A stretch of 64,000 bases of DNA from a plasmid. Under the pieces are notes generated by a model. It was not told where the DNA came from. It saw only the letters and a program-made list of their open reading frames with translations, and did not search any database. The first letter of the stretch is position 1, and each line of letters starts with the position of its first letter. Both the position numbers and the translations under genes were made by a program. The stretch is taken from sequence record NZ_CP044080.1; one strand, given 5' to 3'. Below are positions 46,541-54,836 of this stretch, piece by piece.

Positions 46541-48352
46541 ATGGTTGAACAATCGACGACCGGCCCGATGGCCGGCGTGGCGGGGGGCGACATTCCCGCC
46601 GCGCAGGGAACGCTGCACCGCGCGCTGGACTGGCGAGGTGCCTTCTGGGTGGCGGCCGGGGTGCCGCCCCTGGTCCTGTTTTCCATCGGGGGCATCGCCG
46701 GGGTGGCGGGCAAGGCCGCCTTCGTCGTCTGGATGCTGTCCATGTGCATGGGCTTTCTGCAAAGCTTCACCTATGCCGAAATGGCCGGCATGTTCGGCAA
46801 CAAGTCGGGCGGCGCCTCGGTCTATGGCGCGACGGCCTGGCTGCGTTACTCCAAGCTGATCGCGCCCCTGTCGGTCTGGTGCAACTGGTTCGCGTGGTCG
46901 CCGGTGCTGTCGCTCGGCTGCGCCATTGCGGCGGGCTATATCCTGAACGCGCTGTTCCCCATTCCCCTGGCCAGCGCGCCGCAGGTCGCCGACTGGGTTG
47001 CGGCCCATATCGCGAGCTATGGCGCGCAGACGCAGGCGGTCATCGACTACCTGGCCGCCAATCCCGGCACCCCCGTCGATGCCGCCATCCGGGCCGTGGC
47101 CCAGGCCGACGGCGTCGCGGCCCTGACGCCGGCCTTCCGCAACTGGGAGGCGCTGGCCCTGACCGTCCCGGGCCTCGGCACGCTGCATTTCAACGCGACC
47201 TTCGTGATCGGGCTGATCCTGATGCTGGTGATCTTTGCGATCCAGCACCGCGGGATTTCCTCGACCGCCAAGGCGCAGCGGGTCATGGCGATCGTCGTGC
47301 TGGTGCCGCTGCTGCTGGTCGGGCTGGTGCCGATCCTGAACGGCTCGATCGACACGATGAACGTCACCGGCATCGTGCCGCCGACCAGCGCCTATGCCGC
47401 GAGCGACGGGGCCTGGGACATCGGCGGCTGGACGCTGTTCCTGGGCGCCATGTATATCGCCGCCTGGTCCACCTATGGCTTCGAGACCGCGGTCTGCTAC
47501 ACGGCCGAGTTCAGGAACCCCGAGACCGACACCTTCAAGGCCATCTTCTATTCCGGCCTGCTGTGCATCGTCTTCTTCTTTCTGATCCCCTTCGCCTTCC
47601 AGGGCGTGCTGGGGCACGAAGGGATGCTGGCGCCCGGCATCGTCGACGGCACCGGCGTCGGCGCGGCGCTGGCCGGTCTTGTGAACGGTGGCGCGGTCAT
47701 CACGCAGATCCTGGTCATCCTGATGATCCTGGCGCTGTTCCTGGCCATCATGACCGCCATGGCCGGGTCGTCGCGCACGCTCTACCAGGGGTCGCGCGAC
47801 GGCTGGCTGCCGCGTTACCTGAGCCACGTGAACGAGCATGGCGCGCCCACGAACGCCATGTGGACCGATCTGGGCTTCAACCTGTTCCTGCTGGCGCTGG
47901 CGTCCGATGCGACGGGCTATTTCTACGTCCTCGCCATCTCGAACGTGGGCTATATCATGTTCAATTTCCTGAACCTGAACGCCGGCTGGATCCACCGCAT
48001 CGACAGCCCGCACCTGAAGCGGCCCTGGCGGGCGCCAACCGTGCTGATCGGGCTGAACACGCTTCTGGCCTTCGTGAACGCCATGTTCCTGGGCGCCGGC
48101 GCCAAGGTCTGGGGCTATTCCGGCGCGCTGTGGTCGGGGCTGATCTTCGCCAGCTTCATCCTGCCGGTGTTCTGGTTCCGCCATTACTACCAGGACAAGG
48201 GCCATTTCCCGCGCGAGGCGATGGAGGATCTGGGCCTTTCCGACCACGGCGATCTAGGCCCGCGCCGCGCCGGCATCCTGCCCTATCTGGCCCTGATCGC
48301 GGGCGCCTGCGTGGTGCTGGTCAGCAACTGGTTCTTCCAGCTGCCCACCTGA
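46541..48352 (+). CDS. APC-family amino-acid / amine permease. Start uncertain.
   Basis: 12-TM APC permease located between tdm and dmm genes. Candidate methylated-amine or TMAO transporter. Confidence 0.7.
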   Translation: MVEQSTTGPMAGVAGGDIPAAQGTLHRALDWRGAFWVAAGVPPLVLFSIGGIAGVAGKAAFVVWMLSMCMGFLQSFTYAEMAGMFGNKSGGASVYGATAWLRYSKLIAPLSVWCNWFAWSPVLSLGCAIAAGYILNALFPIPLASAPQVADWVAAHIASYGAQTQAVIDYLAANPGTPVDAAIRAVAQADGVAALTPAFRNWEALALTVPGLGTLHFNATFVIGLILMLVIFAIQHRGISSTAKAQRVMAIVVLVPLLLVGLVPILNGSIDTMNVTGIVPPTSAYAASDGAWDIGGWTLFLGAMYIAAWSTYGFETAVCYTAEFRNPETDTFKAIFYSGLLCIVFFFLIPFAFQGVLGHEGMLAPGIVDGTGVGAALAGLVNGGAVITQILVILMILALFLAIMTAMAGSSRTLYQGSRDGWLPRYLSHVNEHGAPTNAMWTDLGFNLFLLALASDATGYFYVLAISNVGYIMFNFLNLNAGWIHRIDSPHLKRPWRAPTVLIGLNTLLAFVNAMFLGAGAKVWGYSGALWSGLIFASFILPVFWFRHYYQDKGHFPREAMEDLGLSDHGDLGPRRAGILPYLALIAGACVVLVSNWFFQLPT

Positions 48353-48415
48353 GCCGAAATCGGCGGGGCCGGCAGCCCGGCCCCGCCCCAACTAAGACCA
48401 TGGGAGAATGACGAG

Positions 48416-49555
48416 ATGACGAATTCCTGGCGCTTTTCGACGCTGGCCGACCGCCACCGCGCCCTCGGCTCGGAGCTTGAGGACTGGAGCGGCATGGGCA
48501 CCGCCTGGTCCTATGCCTCGGGCGACCCGGATGCCGAATACATGGCGATCCGCACCAAGGCCGGGCTGATGGATGTGTCGGGCCTGAAAAAGGTCCATAT
48601 CACCGGCGCCGCCGCCAGCCATGTCATCGAACGCGCGACCACGCGCAACCTGGAAAAGCTGATGCCCGGCCGCTCGGTCTATGCCTGCATGCTGAACGAC
48701 GCCGGCAAGTTCATCGACGACTGCGTGATCTATCGCACCGGCCCCAACGCCTTCATGGTGGTCCATGGCGCCGGCCAGGGCTTCGAGCAGCTGACCATGG
48801 CCACCCATGGCCGCGATGTCTCGGTGCGCTTCGACGACAACCTGCACGACCTGTCGCTGCAAGGCCCGCTGGCGGTGGACTACCTGGCCCAGCACGTCCC
48901 GGGCATCCGCGACCTGCCCTATTTCGCGCATCTGCAAACCTCGCTCTTCGGCAAGCCCGCGATGATCTCGCGCACCGGCTATACCGGCGAGCGCGGTTAT
49001 GAGCTGTTCGTGCGCGGCCAGGACGCGCCGATGGTCTGGGACCGCATCCTGGACGAGGGCAAGGAGATGGGCATCATCCCCTGCCGCTTCACCACGCTCG
49101 ACATGCTGCGGACGGAAAGCTACCTGCTGTTCTTCCCCTACGACAATTCGGAAATGTACCCCTTCGACAACGAGCCGGGCGGGGATACGCTGTGGGAGCT
49201 GGGGCTGGACTTCACCGTCTCGCCCGGCAAGACCGGCTTCCGCGGCGCGGACGAGCATTACCGCCTGAAGGGCAAGGAGCGCTTCAAGATCTGGGGCCTG
49301 AAGCTGGAAGGCGACAAGGTTCCGGGAAACGGCGCGCCGGTGCTGCAGGACGGCAAGCAGGTCGGCGTGGTGACGCAGGCCATGCATTCGCCGCTGAACA
49401 ACTGGACCGTCGCCATCGCCCGCCTGCCGGTCGCACTGGCGAACGACGGCACCAAGCTGGTCGTGAACTGCGCCACCCATGGCGAGATCGCGGCCACCAC
49501 CGGGCAGATGCCGTTCTTCGACCCGGAAAAGAAACGCCGCACCGCCAAGGGCTAA
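48416..49555 (+). CDS. dmmD: GcvT-like THF-binding subunit of dimethylamine monooxygenase. Name assigned by gene order.
   Basis: Aminomethyltransferase fold (..SRTGYTGERGYELF..). GGGAGA RBS. Confidence 0.7.
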   Translation: MTNSWRFSTLADRHRALGSELEDWSGMGTAWSYASGDPDAEYMAIRTKAGLMDVSGLKKVHITGAAASHVIERATTRNLEKLMPGRSVYACMLNDAGKFIDDCVIYRTGPNAFMVVHGAGQGFEQLTMATHGRDVSVRFDDNLHDLSLQGPLAVDYLAQHVPGIRDLPYFAHLQTSLFGKPAMISRTGYTGERGYELFVRGQDAPMVWDRILDEGKEMGIIPCRFTTLDMLRTESYLLFFPYDNSEMYPFDNEPGGDTLWELGLDFTVSPGKTGFRGADEHYRLKGKERFKIWGLKLEGDKVPGNGAPVLQDGKQVGVVTQAMHSPLNNWTVAIARLPVALANDGTKLVVNCATHGEIAATTGQMPFFDPEKKRRTAKG

Positions 49556-49618
49556 GACACCGGCCGGGGGCGGGATCGCCGCCCCCGGCCTCAGCCAAAT
49601 CTGCCAGGGACCAATCGA

Positions 49619-50215
49619 ATGACCTCGCCGCCGACCGCCCCCTTTGCCAGCCGCCCGCGCCATGCCCCGCTTGAGCCGCGGCCCTGTCGCAGCGCGCTGA
49701 TCGTCGCCGATGACGCGGGCGCGGCGGCGGTCGTGGCGCTGGCCGAACGATCCCCCGAACTGATCGGCAAGGCCGTGGTGCTGCATGTCCAGGACGGCTT
49801 TTCCATGGCGCCGGCGTTGGCCGCGCTGAACCCGGCGCAGCTGGTCGGCGTCGCCTCGACCGCCGAACTGCCCGCCGCGCTGGACCGCGCCCTGCAGGGC
49901 GCCGCGATGGGGCTGCAAGCCTTTCTCGCCGGCTCCGAGGGCCTGATCGGCCAGGCACAGGCGCAGCTGCTGGCCGCCGGCCTGCCTCTGGGCGCCATCC
50001 AGTCCGAACATCGCGGCACCGCCGCCCGCCGGATGCAATGCGTGCATTGCAAGACCATCGCCGAAAACGTGACCGTGGACCCCTATACCTGCCCCGGCTG
50101 CGGCCGCGCCCTGTTCGTGCGCGATCACTTCTCGCGCCGGCTGGGCGCCTTTCAGGGCGTCTGCATCGACGCCGAAACCCCCGGCGAGGTGCCTGAACCC
50201 GTGGAGATCCGCTGA
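49619..50215 (+). CDS. dmmA: Small dimethylamine-monooxygenase subunit with a C-terminal Cys4 zinc-ribbon-like motif. Name assigned by gene order.
   Basis: CVHCKT...CPGCGRALF. Translationally coupled to the next gene. Confidence 0.5.
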   Translation: MTSPPTAPFASRPRHAPLEPRPCRSALIVADDAGAAAVVALAERSPELIGKAVVLHVQDGFSMAPALAALNPAQLVGVASTAELPAALDRALQGAAMGLQAFLAGSEGLIGQAQAQLLAAGLPLGAIQSEHRGTAARRMQCVHCKTIAENVTVDPYTCPGCGRALFVRDHFSRRLGAFQGVCIDAETPGEVPEPVEIR

Positions 50216-51144
50216 TGCAGCCCCTGATCCTGACCGCGCGCGAAACGCTGTCGCCCCGCATCACCCGCTTTCGCTTCGAACGCCCCGACAAGGGCCCGCT
50301 GCCGCTGTTTTCCGGCGGCGCCCATGTCATGGTCGAGATGCAGGACGGCGACATCCTGCGCCGCAACGCCTATTCGCTGATCTCGGACCCCGAGGACGGT
50401 TCGGGCTATGAAATCGCCGTGCAGCGCGAGGACCAGGGCCGGGGCGGGTCGCGGTTCATGCACGAACAGGCCCAGCCGGGCATGCTGATGCATATCGGCC
50501 TGCCGGTGAACCTGTTTGCGCTGAACCTGACGGCCAGAAAGCACCTGCTGATCGCCGGCGGCGTCGGCATCACCCCCTTCATCGCCCAGACCCGCGAATT
50601 GCAGCGGCTGGGCCTGCCCTATGAGCTGCATTACGCCGTGCGGGCGCGGGACGAGCTGGCCGCCCTGCCCCTGCTGCCCGAGGGCGTGCATGTCCATGTC
50701 AGCGCCGAAGGCTCGCGCATGGACCTGGACGCAATCCTGTCCGAGCAGCCGCTTGGCACGCATCTTTACGTCTGCGCCTCGGACCGGATGATTTCCACCG
50801 TGCTCGACACCGCGCAATCGCTGGGCTGGCCCAGGGACGCGCTGCATTCCGAGGAATTCCTGGCCCCCGCCCCCGGCGAGCCGTTCCAGGTGTTCTGCGC
50901 CCGCAGCCACAAGACGCTGACCGTCGGCGCCCATGAAAGCCTGCTGGAAGCCCTTGAAAACGCCGGCATCGCCGCGCCCTGGCTGTGCCGGGGCGGCGCC
51001 TGCGGGCAATGCGAAACCGATGTCATCGCCTGCGACGGCACCATCGAACACCACGACCATTGGCTGGAACCCGAGGAACGCGCCCGCAAGATCATGCCCT
51101 GCGTCTCGCGCTTTCGCGGCCAGCTTCTGACCATCGACCGATAG
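50215..51144 (+). CDS. dmmB: PDR/VanB-type reductase subunit (flavin / NAD(P)H domain plus a C-terminal plant-type 2Fe-2S ferredoxin). Name assigned by gene order.
   Basis: FNR-like fold and CRGGACGQCET cluster motif. Confidence 0.7.
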   Translation: MQPLILTARETLSPRITRFRFERPDKGPLPLFSGGAHVMVEMQDGDILRRNAYSLISDPEDGSGYEIAVQREDQGRGGSRFMHEQAQPGMLMHIGLPVNLFALNLTARKHLLIAGGVGITPFIAQTRELQRLGLPYELHYAVRARDELAALPLLPEGVHVHVSAEGSRMDLDAILSEQPLGTHLYVCASDRMISTVLDTAQSLGWPRDALHSEEFLAPAPGEPFQVFCARSHKTLTVGAHESLLEALENAGIAAPWLCRGGACGQCETDVIACDGTIEHHDHWLEPEERARKIMPCVSRFRGQLLTIDR

Positions 51145-51153
51145 GAGGCTCCG

Positions 51154-52197
51154 ATGACCATCACCTTCAACAAGGAAAGCTTTCGCGGCGACTACAGCTA
51201 TCGCAACTCGCCCGCCGCGCTGCGCCGCTTTCCGTTCCCCTTCGACCGCGACGAATACATGTATTCCGTCAATATGGAGCCGCACCACGCCGCCGGTCCC
51301 GACCACAGCGTGTTCCAGCGCCGCTTCGACGTCGACGAGCATTACTTGGCCGAGATGGCGGACCGCGCCATCACGCTGCAGCGCGACCCGGGCCGCTGCC
51401 AGTCCCTGCCGCATATGCGGCTGGCGGGCTGGGATCTGCTGGAACTGATCATGACCGCCAAGTCCGAGGATTACCCGGACCTGTTCGAACTGCACCGCGA
51501 CGGCGACCGCTGGCGCTGGGTGAACAGGCCGCTGGGCATCGACGACACGTTCACCTTCATGGACGATGCCACCCTGCCCTACGGGCCGATGGAATACATC
51601 ACCCGCCAGACCCAGGGCGATTTCGCGTTGCTGGACCAGCGCGAGAACAACCTGTGGATGGATGCAGGCATGGTGACCTCGCAGGCCGACTGGAGCCTGG
51701 ATTTCGACATCGGCATGAACTTCTTCGAATGGCACGCGCCGGTGCCGCGCGCGGCCGAGATGGGCATCTTCCAACGCGCGCTGAAATTCCTGCTGAACGT
51801 GCAGCAGGACACGCCCGCCCGGCGGCTGAACTGGACCATGACCGTGAACCCGCGGCTGGACACGTCGCCCGAGACCTATCCCGAATGGGGCCCGGAAAAG
51901 CGCACGCTGACCCCGGAAAACGTCGGCGAAAAGCAGTTCTTGCGCGTCGAACTGCAGACCTTCTTCCGGCTGCCGCGCTCGAACGCCATCGTGTTCCCGA
52001 TCCGCTGCTATCTGTGCGCGTTGCAGGACATCGTGACGGTGCCGAAATGGGGCCGGCGGCTGCATCGGGTGATCCGCGACCTGCCGGACGACCTGGCGAC
52101 CTACAAGGGTTTCCTGGTCAACAAGCCAATGATCGTCGAATACCTGTCGAAGTTCGACGACGGCGCGCCGACCTCGCCCGGGATCTATCCGGACTAG
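51154..52197 (+). CDS. dmmC: Haem-dependent oxidative N-demethylase family (DUF3445) catalytic subunit. Name assigned by gene order.
   Basis: 347 aa. AGGAGG RBS. Typical position after the reductase. Confidence 0.65.
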   Translation: MTITFNKESFRGDYSYRNSPAALRRFPFPFDRDEYMYSVNMEPHHAAGPDHSVFQRRFDVDEHYLAEMADRAITLQRDPGRCQSLPHMRLAGWDLLELIMTAKSEDYPDLFELHRDGDRWRWVNRPLGIDDTFTFMDDATLPYGPMEYITRQTQGDFALLDQRENNLWMDAGMVTSQADWSLDFDIGMNFFEWHAPVPRAAEMGIFQRALKFLLNVQQDTPARRLNWTMTVNPRLDTSPETYPEWGPEKRTLTPENVGEKQFLRVELQTFFRLPRSNAIVFPIRCYLCALQDIVTVPKWGRRLHRVIRDLPDDLATYKGFLVNKPMIVEYLSKFDDGAPTSPGIYPD

Positions 52198-53153
52198 GCT
52201 TTCCGGCGCATCGCCTGCCGGCGCCGGGCCGGCGGCATCCCGAAGCGCGCCGCATAGAGGCGCGAGAAATGCGCCGCGCTGGTGAAACCTGTCACCAGCG
52301 CCACGTCGAGCATGCTCAGCGCCGTCTGCTGCACCAGCTCGTCGGCCTTGCGCAGCCGCATCTCGCGATAGAACTCCATCATCGAGGATCCCAGTTGATC
52401 GTTGAACAATCTCTGCAACTGACGCGGGCTGCACCCGACCTGGGCGGCGATCTGTTCCGGCGTCAGCGGGTCGGACAGGTGGCTGAACATCAGGTCCACC
52501 GCCTGCGCAAGCATGGGGTGGCGCAGGTCGAAGCGCTCGGCGACCGGGGATTGCTGCGGCTCGTCGGCGCTGCGGGTGCGCGGGTGGATGAACCATTCGG
52601 CCACCTGCCGGGCGAAAGCGGCGCCGTGGTCGCGGGCGATCAGCGCGCACATCATGTCCAGCGCGGCGACCCCGCCGGCGCAGGTGAAGCGGTCGCGGTC
52701 GATGACATACAGCGCGCGTTCGATCAGCAGGTCGGGCTGGTGCTCGGCCAAGGCGTCGATATGCGCCCAGTGCAGGGTAAAGCGTCGACCCTCCATCAGC
52801 CCCAGCCGGGCCAGGATCGCGGCGCCGCCGGAAATCCCGCCCAGCCGGACCTTGCGGTTCTGCAGCGCCCGCAGCCCCCGCGCCAGCGCCGCATCCTCAT
52901 AGCGCAGCGGGTTGCCGCCGGCCACGACCAGCGCCAGGTCCAGCGCGGCCGGATCGGGCAAGGTCTCGGTCGCGAAACCGCCGCCCGAGGTGGACGCGGC
53001 AAAGTCGCCGGCGACGGAATGATAGCTGGGCCGATAGAGCGCGCGCCCCGCCAGCTGGTTCGCCGCGCGCAGGGGCTCGACCGCCGCGGTCAAGGACATC
53101 AGCGAATAATCCGGCGTCAGGATGAACCCGATGCGCAGCGGTTCGTCCGCCAT
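52194..53153 (-). CDS. GlxA-family regulator (DJ-1/PfpI-like domain plus an AraC-type HTH).
   Basis: N-terminal class-I glutamine-amidotransferase-like domain. C-terminal AraC HTH (..LSMLDVALVTGFTSAAHFSRLYAARFG..). Divergent from mgdA. Confidence 0.8.
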   Translation of the reverse strand: MADEPLRIGFILTPDYSLMSLTAAVEPLRAANQLAGRALYRPSYHSVAGDFAASTSGGGFATETLPDPAALDLALVVAGGNPLRYEDAALARGLRALQNRKVRLGGISGGAAILARLGLMEGRRFTLHWAHIDALAEHQPDLLIERALYVIDRDRFTCAGGVAALDMMCALIARDHGAAFARQVAEWFIHPRTRSADEPQQSPVAERFDLRHPMLAQAVDLMFSHLSDPLTPEQIAAQVGCSPRQLQRLFNDQLGSSMMEFYREMRLRKADELVQQTALSMLDVALVTGFTSAAHFSRLYAARFGMPPARRRQAMRRKA

Positions 53154-53281
53154 GCCGTCCCCGCGTCACAAAAACCTTGCGCCTGTCCCTTACAGGCAAA
53201 TCCCTGTCCTCTCAAGGCAAATGACACCCGAAATCTTGCGTATCTTTCCTGCGAAGAAAGGCGAATCGGAGTGCTGGCGCC

Positions 53282-54532
53282 GTGAGATATTCGGGATTTC
53301 GTGTCATCAAGGAGGCCCTGACCGGCCACAAGGGCTGGAAGCCGATCTGGCGCAATCCCGATCCGCAGCCGTCCTACGATTACATCATCGTCGGCGGCGG
53401 CGGGCATGGACTGGCAACCGCCTATTACCTGGCCAGGACCTTCAAGCAGGCCCGCATCGCGGTGCTCGAGAAAAGCTGGCTGGGCTCGGGCAACATCGGG
53501 CGCAACACCACGATCATCCGCTCGAACTACCTGCTGCCGGGCAACGAGCCGTTCTACGAATTCTCGATGAAGCTTTGGGAAGGGCTTGAACAGGAATTCA
53601 ATTTCAACGCCATGGTCAGCCAGCGCGGCATCCTGAACCTGATCCACAGCGACGGCCAGCGCGACGCCTATCGCCGGCGCGGCAATGCCATGCTGCTGGC
53701 GGGTGCCGACGCCGAACTGCTGGACCGCGAGCGCGTGCGCGCGATGTATCCCTGGCTGAACTTCGACAATGCGCGCTTCCCGATCAAGGGCGGGCTGCTG
53801 CAGCGCCGGGCCGGGACCGCGCGCCATGACGGCGTCGCCTGGGGCTATGCCCGCGGCGCCGACCGGGCCGGCGTCGACCTGATCCAGAACTGCGAAGTCA
53901 CCGGCTTCCGCATCGAGGGCGGCAGGCTGCGCGGCGTCGAGACCTCGCGCGGCTATATCGCCGCGAAGAAGGTCGGCGTGGCGGTCGCGGGCTCGTCGGG
54001 CCGGGTCATGGCCATGGCCGGAATGCGCCTGCCGATCGAAAGCCATGTGCTGCAAGCCTTCGTCTCCGAGGGGCTGAAGCCGGTGATCGACGGCGTCATC
54101 ACCTTTGGCGCCGGGCATTTCTATGTCAGCCAGTCCGACAAGGGCGGGTTGGTCTTTGGCGGCGACATCGACGGCTACAATTCGTACGCCCAACGCGGCA
54201 ACATGGCGGTGATCGAAGACGTCGCCCAGGGCGGCATGGCGCTGATGCCGGCCATCGGCCGGGCGCGGCTGCTGCGGGTCTGGGGCGGCATCATGGACAT
54301 GTCGATGGACGGCTCGCCCATCATCGACAAGACGCCGGTCGAGGGGCTCTATCTGAACGCTGGCTGGTGCTATGGCGGCTTCAAGGCCACCCCGGCCTCG
54401 GGCTATGCCTTCGCGCATCTTCTGGCCACCGACACGCCGCACGACACCGCCCGCGCCTATCGCCTGGACCGGTTCGAGCGCGGCTATCCCATCGACGAAA
54501 AAGGCATGGGCGCGACGCCCAATCTGCACTGA
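53282..54532 (+). CDS. mgdA: N-methylglutamate dehydrogenase subunit A (sarcosine-oxidase beta-like FAD protein).
   Basis: N-terminal GxGxxG (IIVGGGGHGLATAYYL). SoxB-like. First gene of a soxBDAG-like cluster. Confidence 0.8.
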   Translation: MRYSGFRVIKEALTGHKGWKPIWRNPDPQPSYDYIIVGGGGHGLATAYYLARTFKQARIAVLEKSWLGSGNIGRNTTIIRSNYLLPGNEPFYEFSMKLWEGLEQEFNFNAMVSQRGILNLIHSDGQRDAYRRRGNAMLLAGADAELLDRERVRAMYPWLNFDNARFPIKGGLLQRRAGTARHDGVAWGYARGADRAGVDLIQNCEVTGFRIEGGRLRGVETSRGYIAAKKVGVAVAGSSGRVMAMAGMRLPIESHVLQAFVSEGLKPVIDGVITFGAGHFYVSQSDKGGLVFGGDIDGYNSYAQRGNMAVIEDVAQGGMALMPAIGRARLLRVWGGIMDMSMDGSPIIDKTPVEGLYLNAGWCYGGFKATPASGYAFAHLLATDTPHDTARAYRLDRFERGYPIDEKGMGATPNLH

Positions 54533-54542
54533 GGGCCAAACG

Positions 54543-54836
54543 ATGCTGATCCCCCATCCCCTGCTTGGCCTGCGCGACTCGGAAGAGTTCTCGTATCTCG
54601 GCGATGCCACCCTGCTCGCGCGTCCCGATGGCATGGCCGCCGACGCGCCGCAACGCTTTTACGAATACCAGCACCTGCGCGACAACCCGGCCGGCGTCCA
54701 CCGCGAGTTGTGGTTCCACGAACAGGGCGACCGCAGCTGGCTGGTCGTCACCCGCAACACCGTCACGCATGAGATCCTGGGCGCCGAACTGGCCCGCGAC
54801 GTCAAGCTGGCGATGCTGAAAGGCGGTGCGGCATGA
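54543..54836 (+). CDS. mgdB: N-methylglutamate dehydrogenase subunit B (sarcosine-oxidase delta-like).
   Basis: 97-aa SoxD-like protein (MLIPHPLLGLRDSEEFSY..). Confidence 0.75.
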   Translation: MLIPHPLLGLRDSEEFSYLGDATLLARPDGMAADAPQRFYEYQHLRDNPAGVHRELWFHEQGDRSWLVVTRNTVTHEILGAELARDVKLAMLKGGAA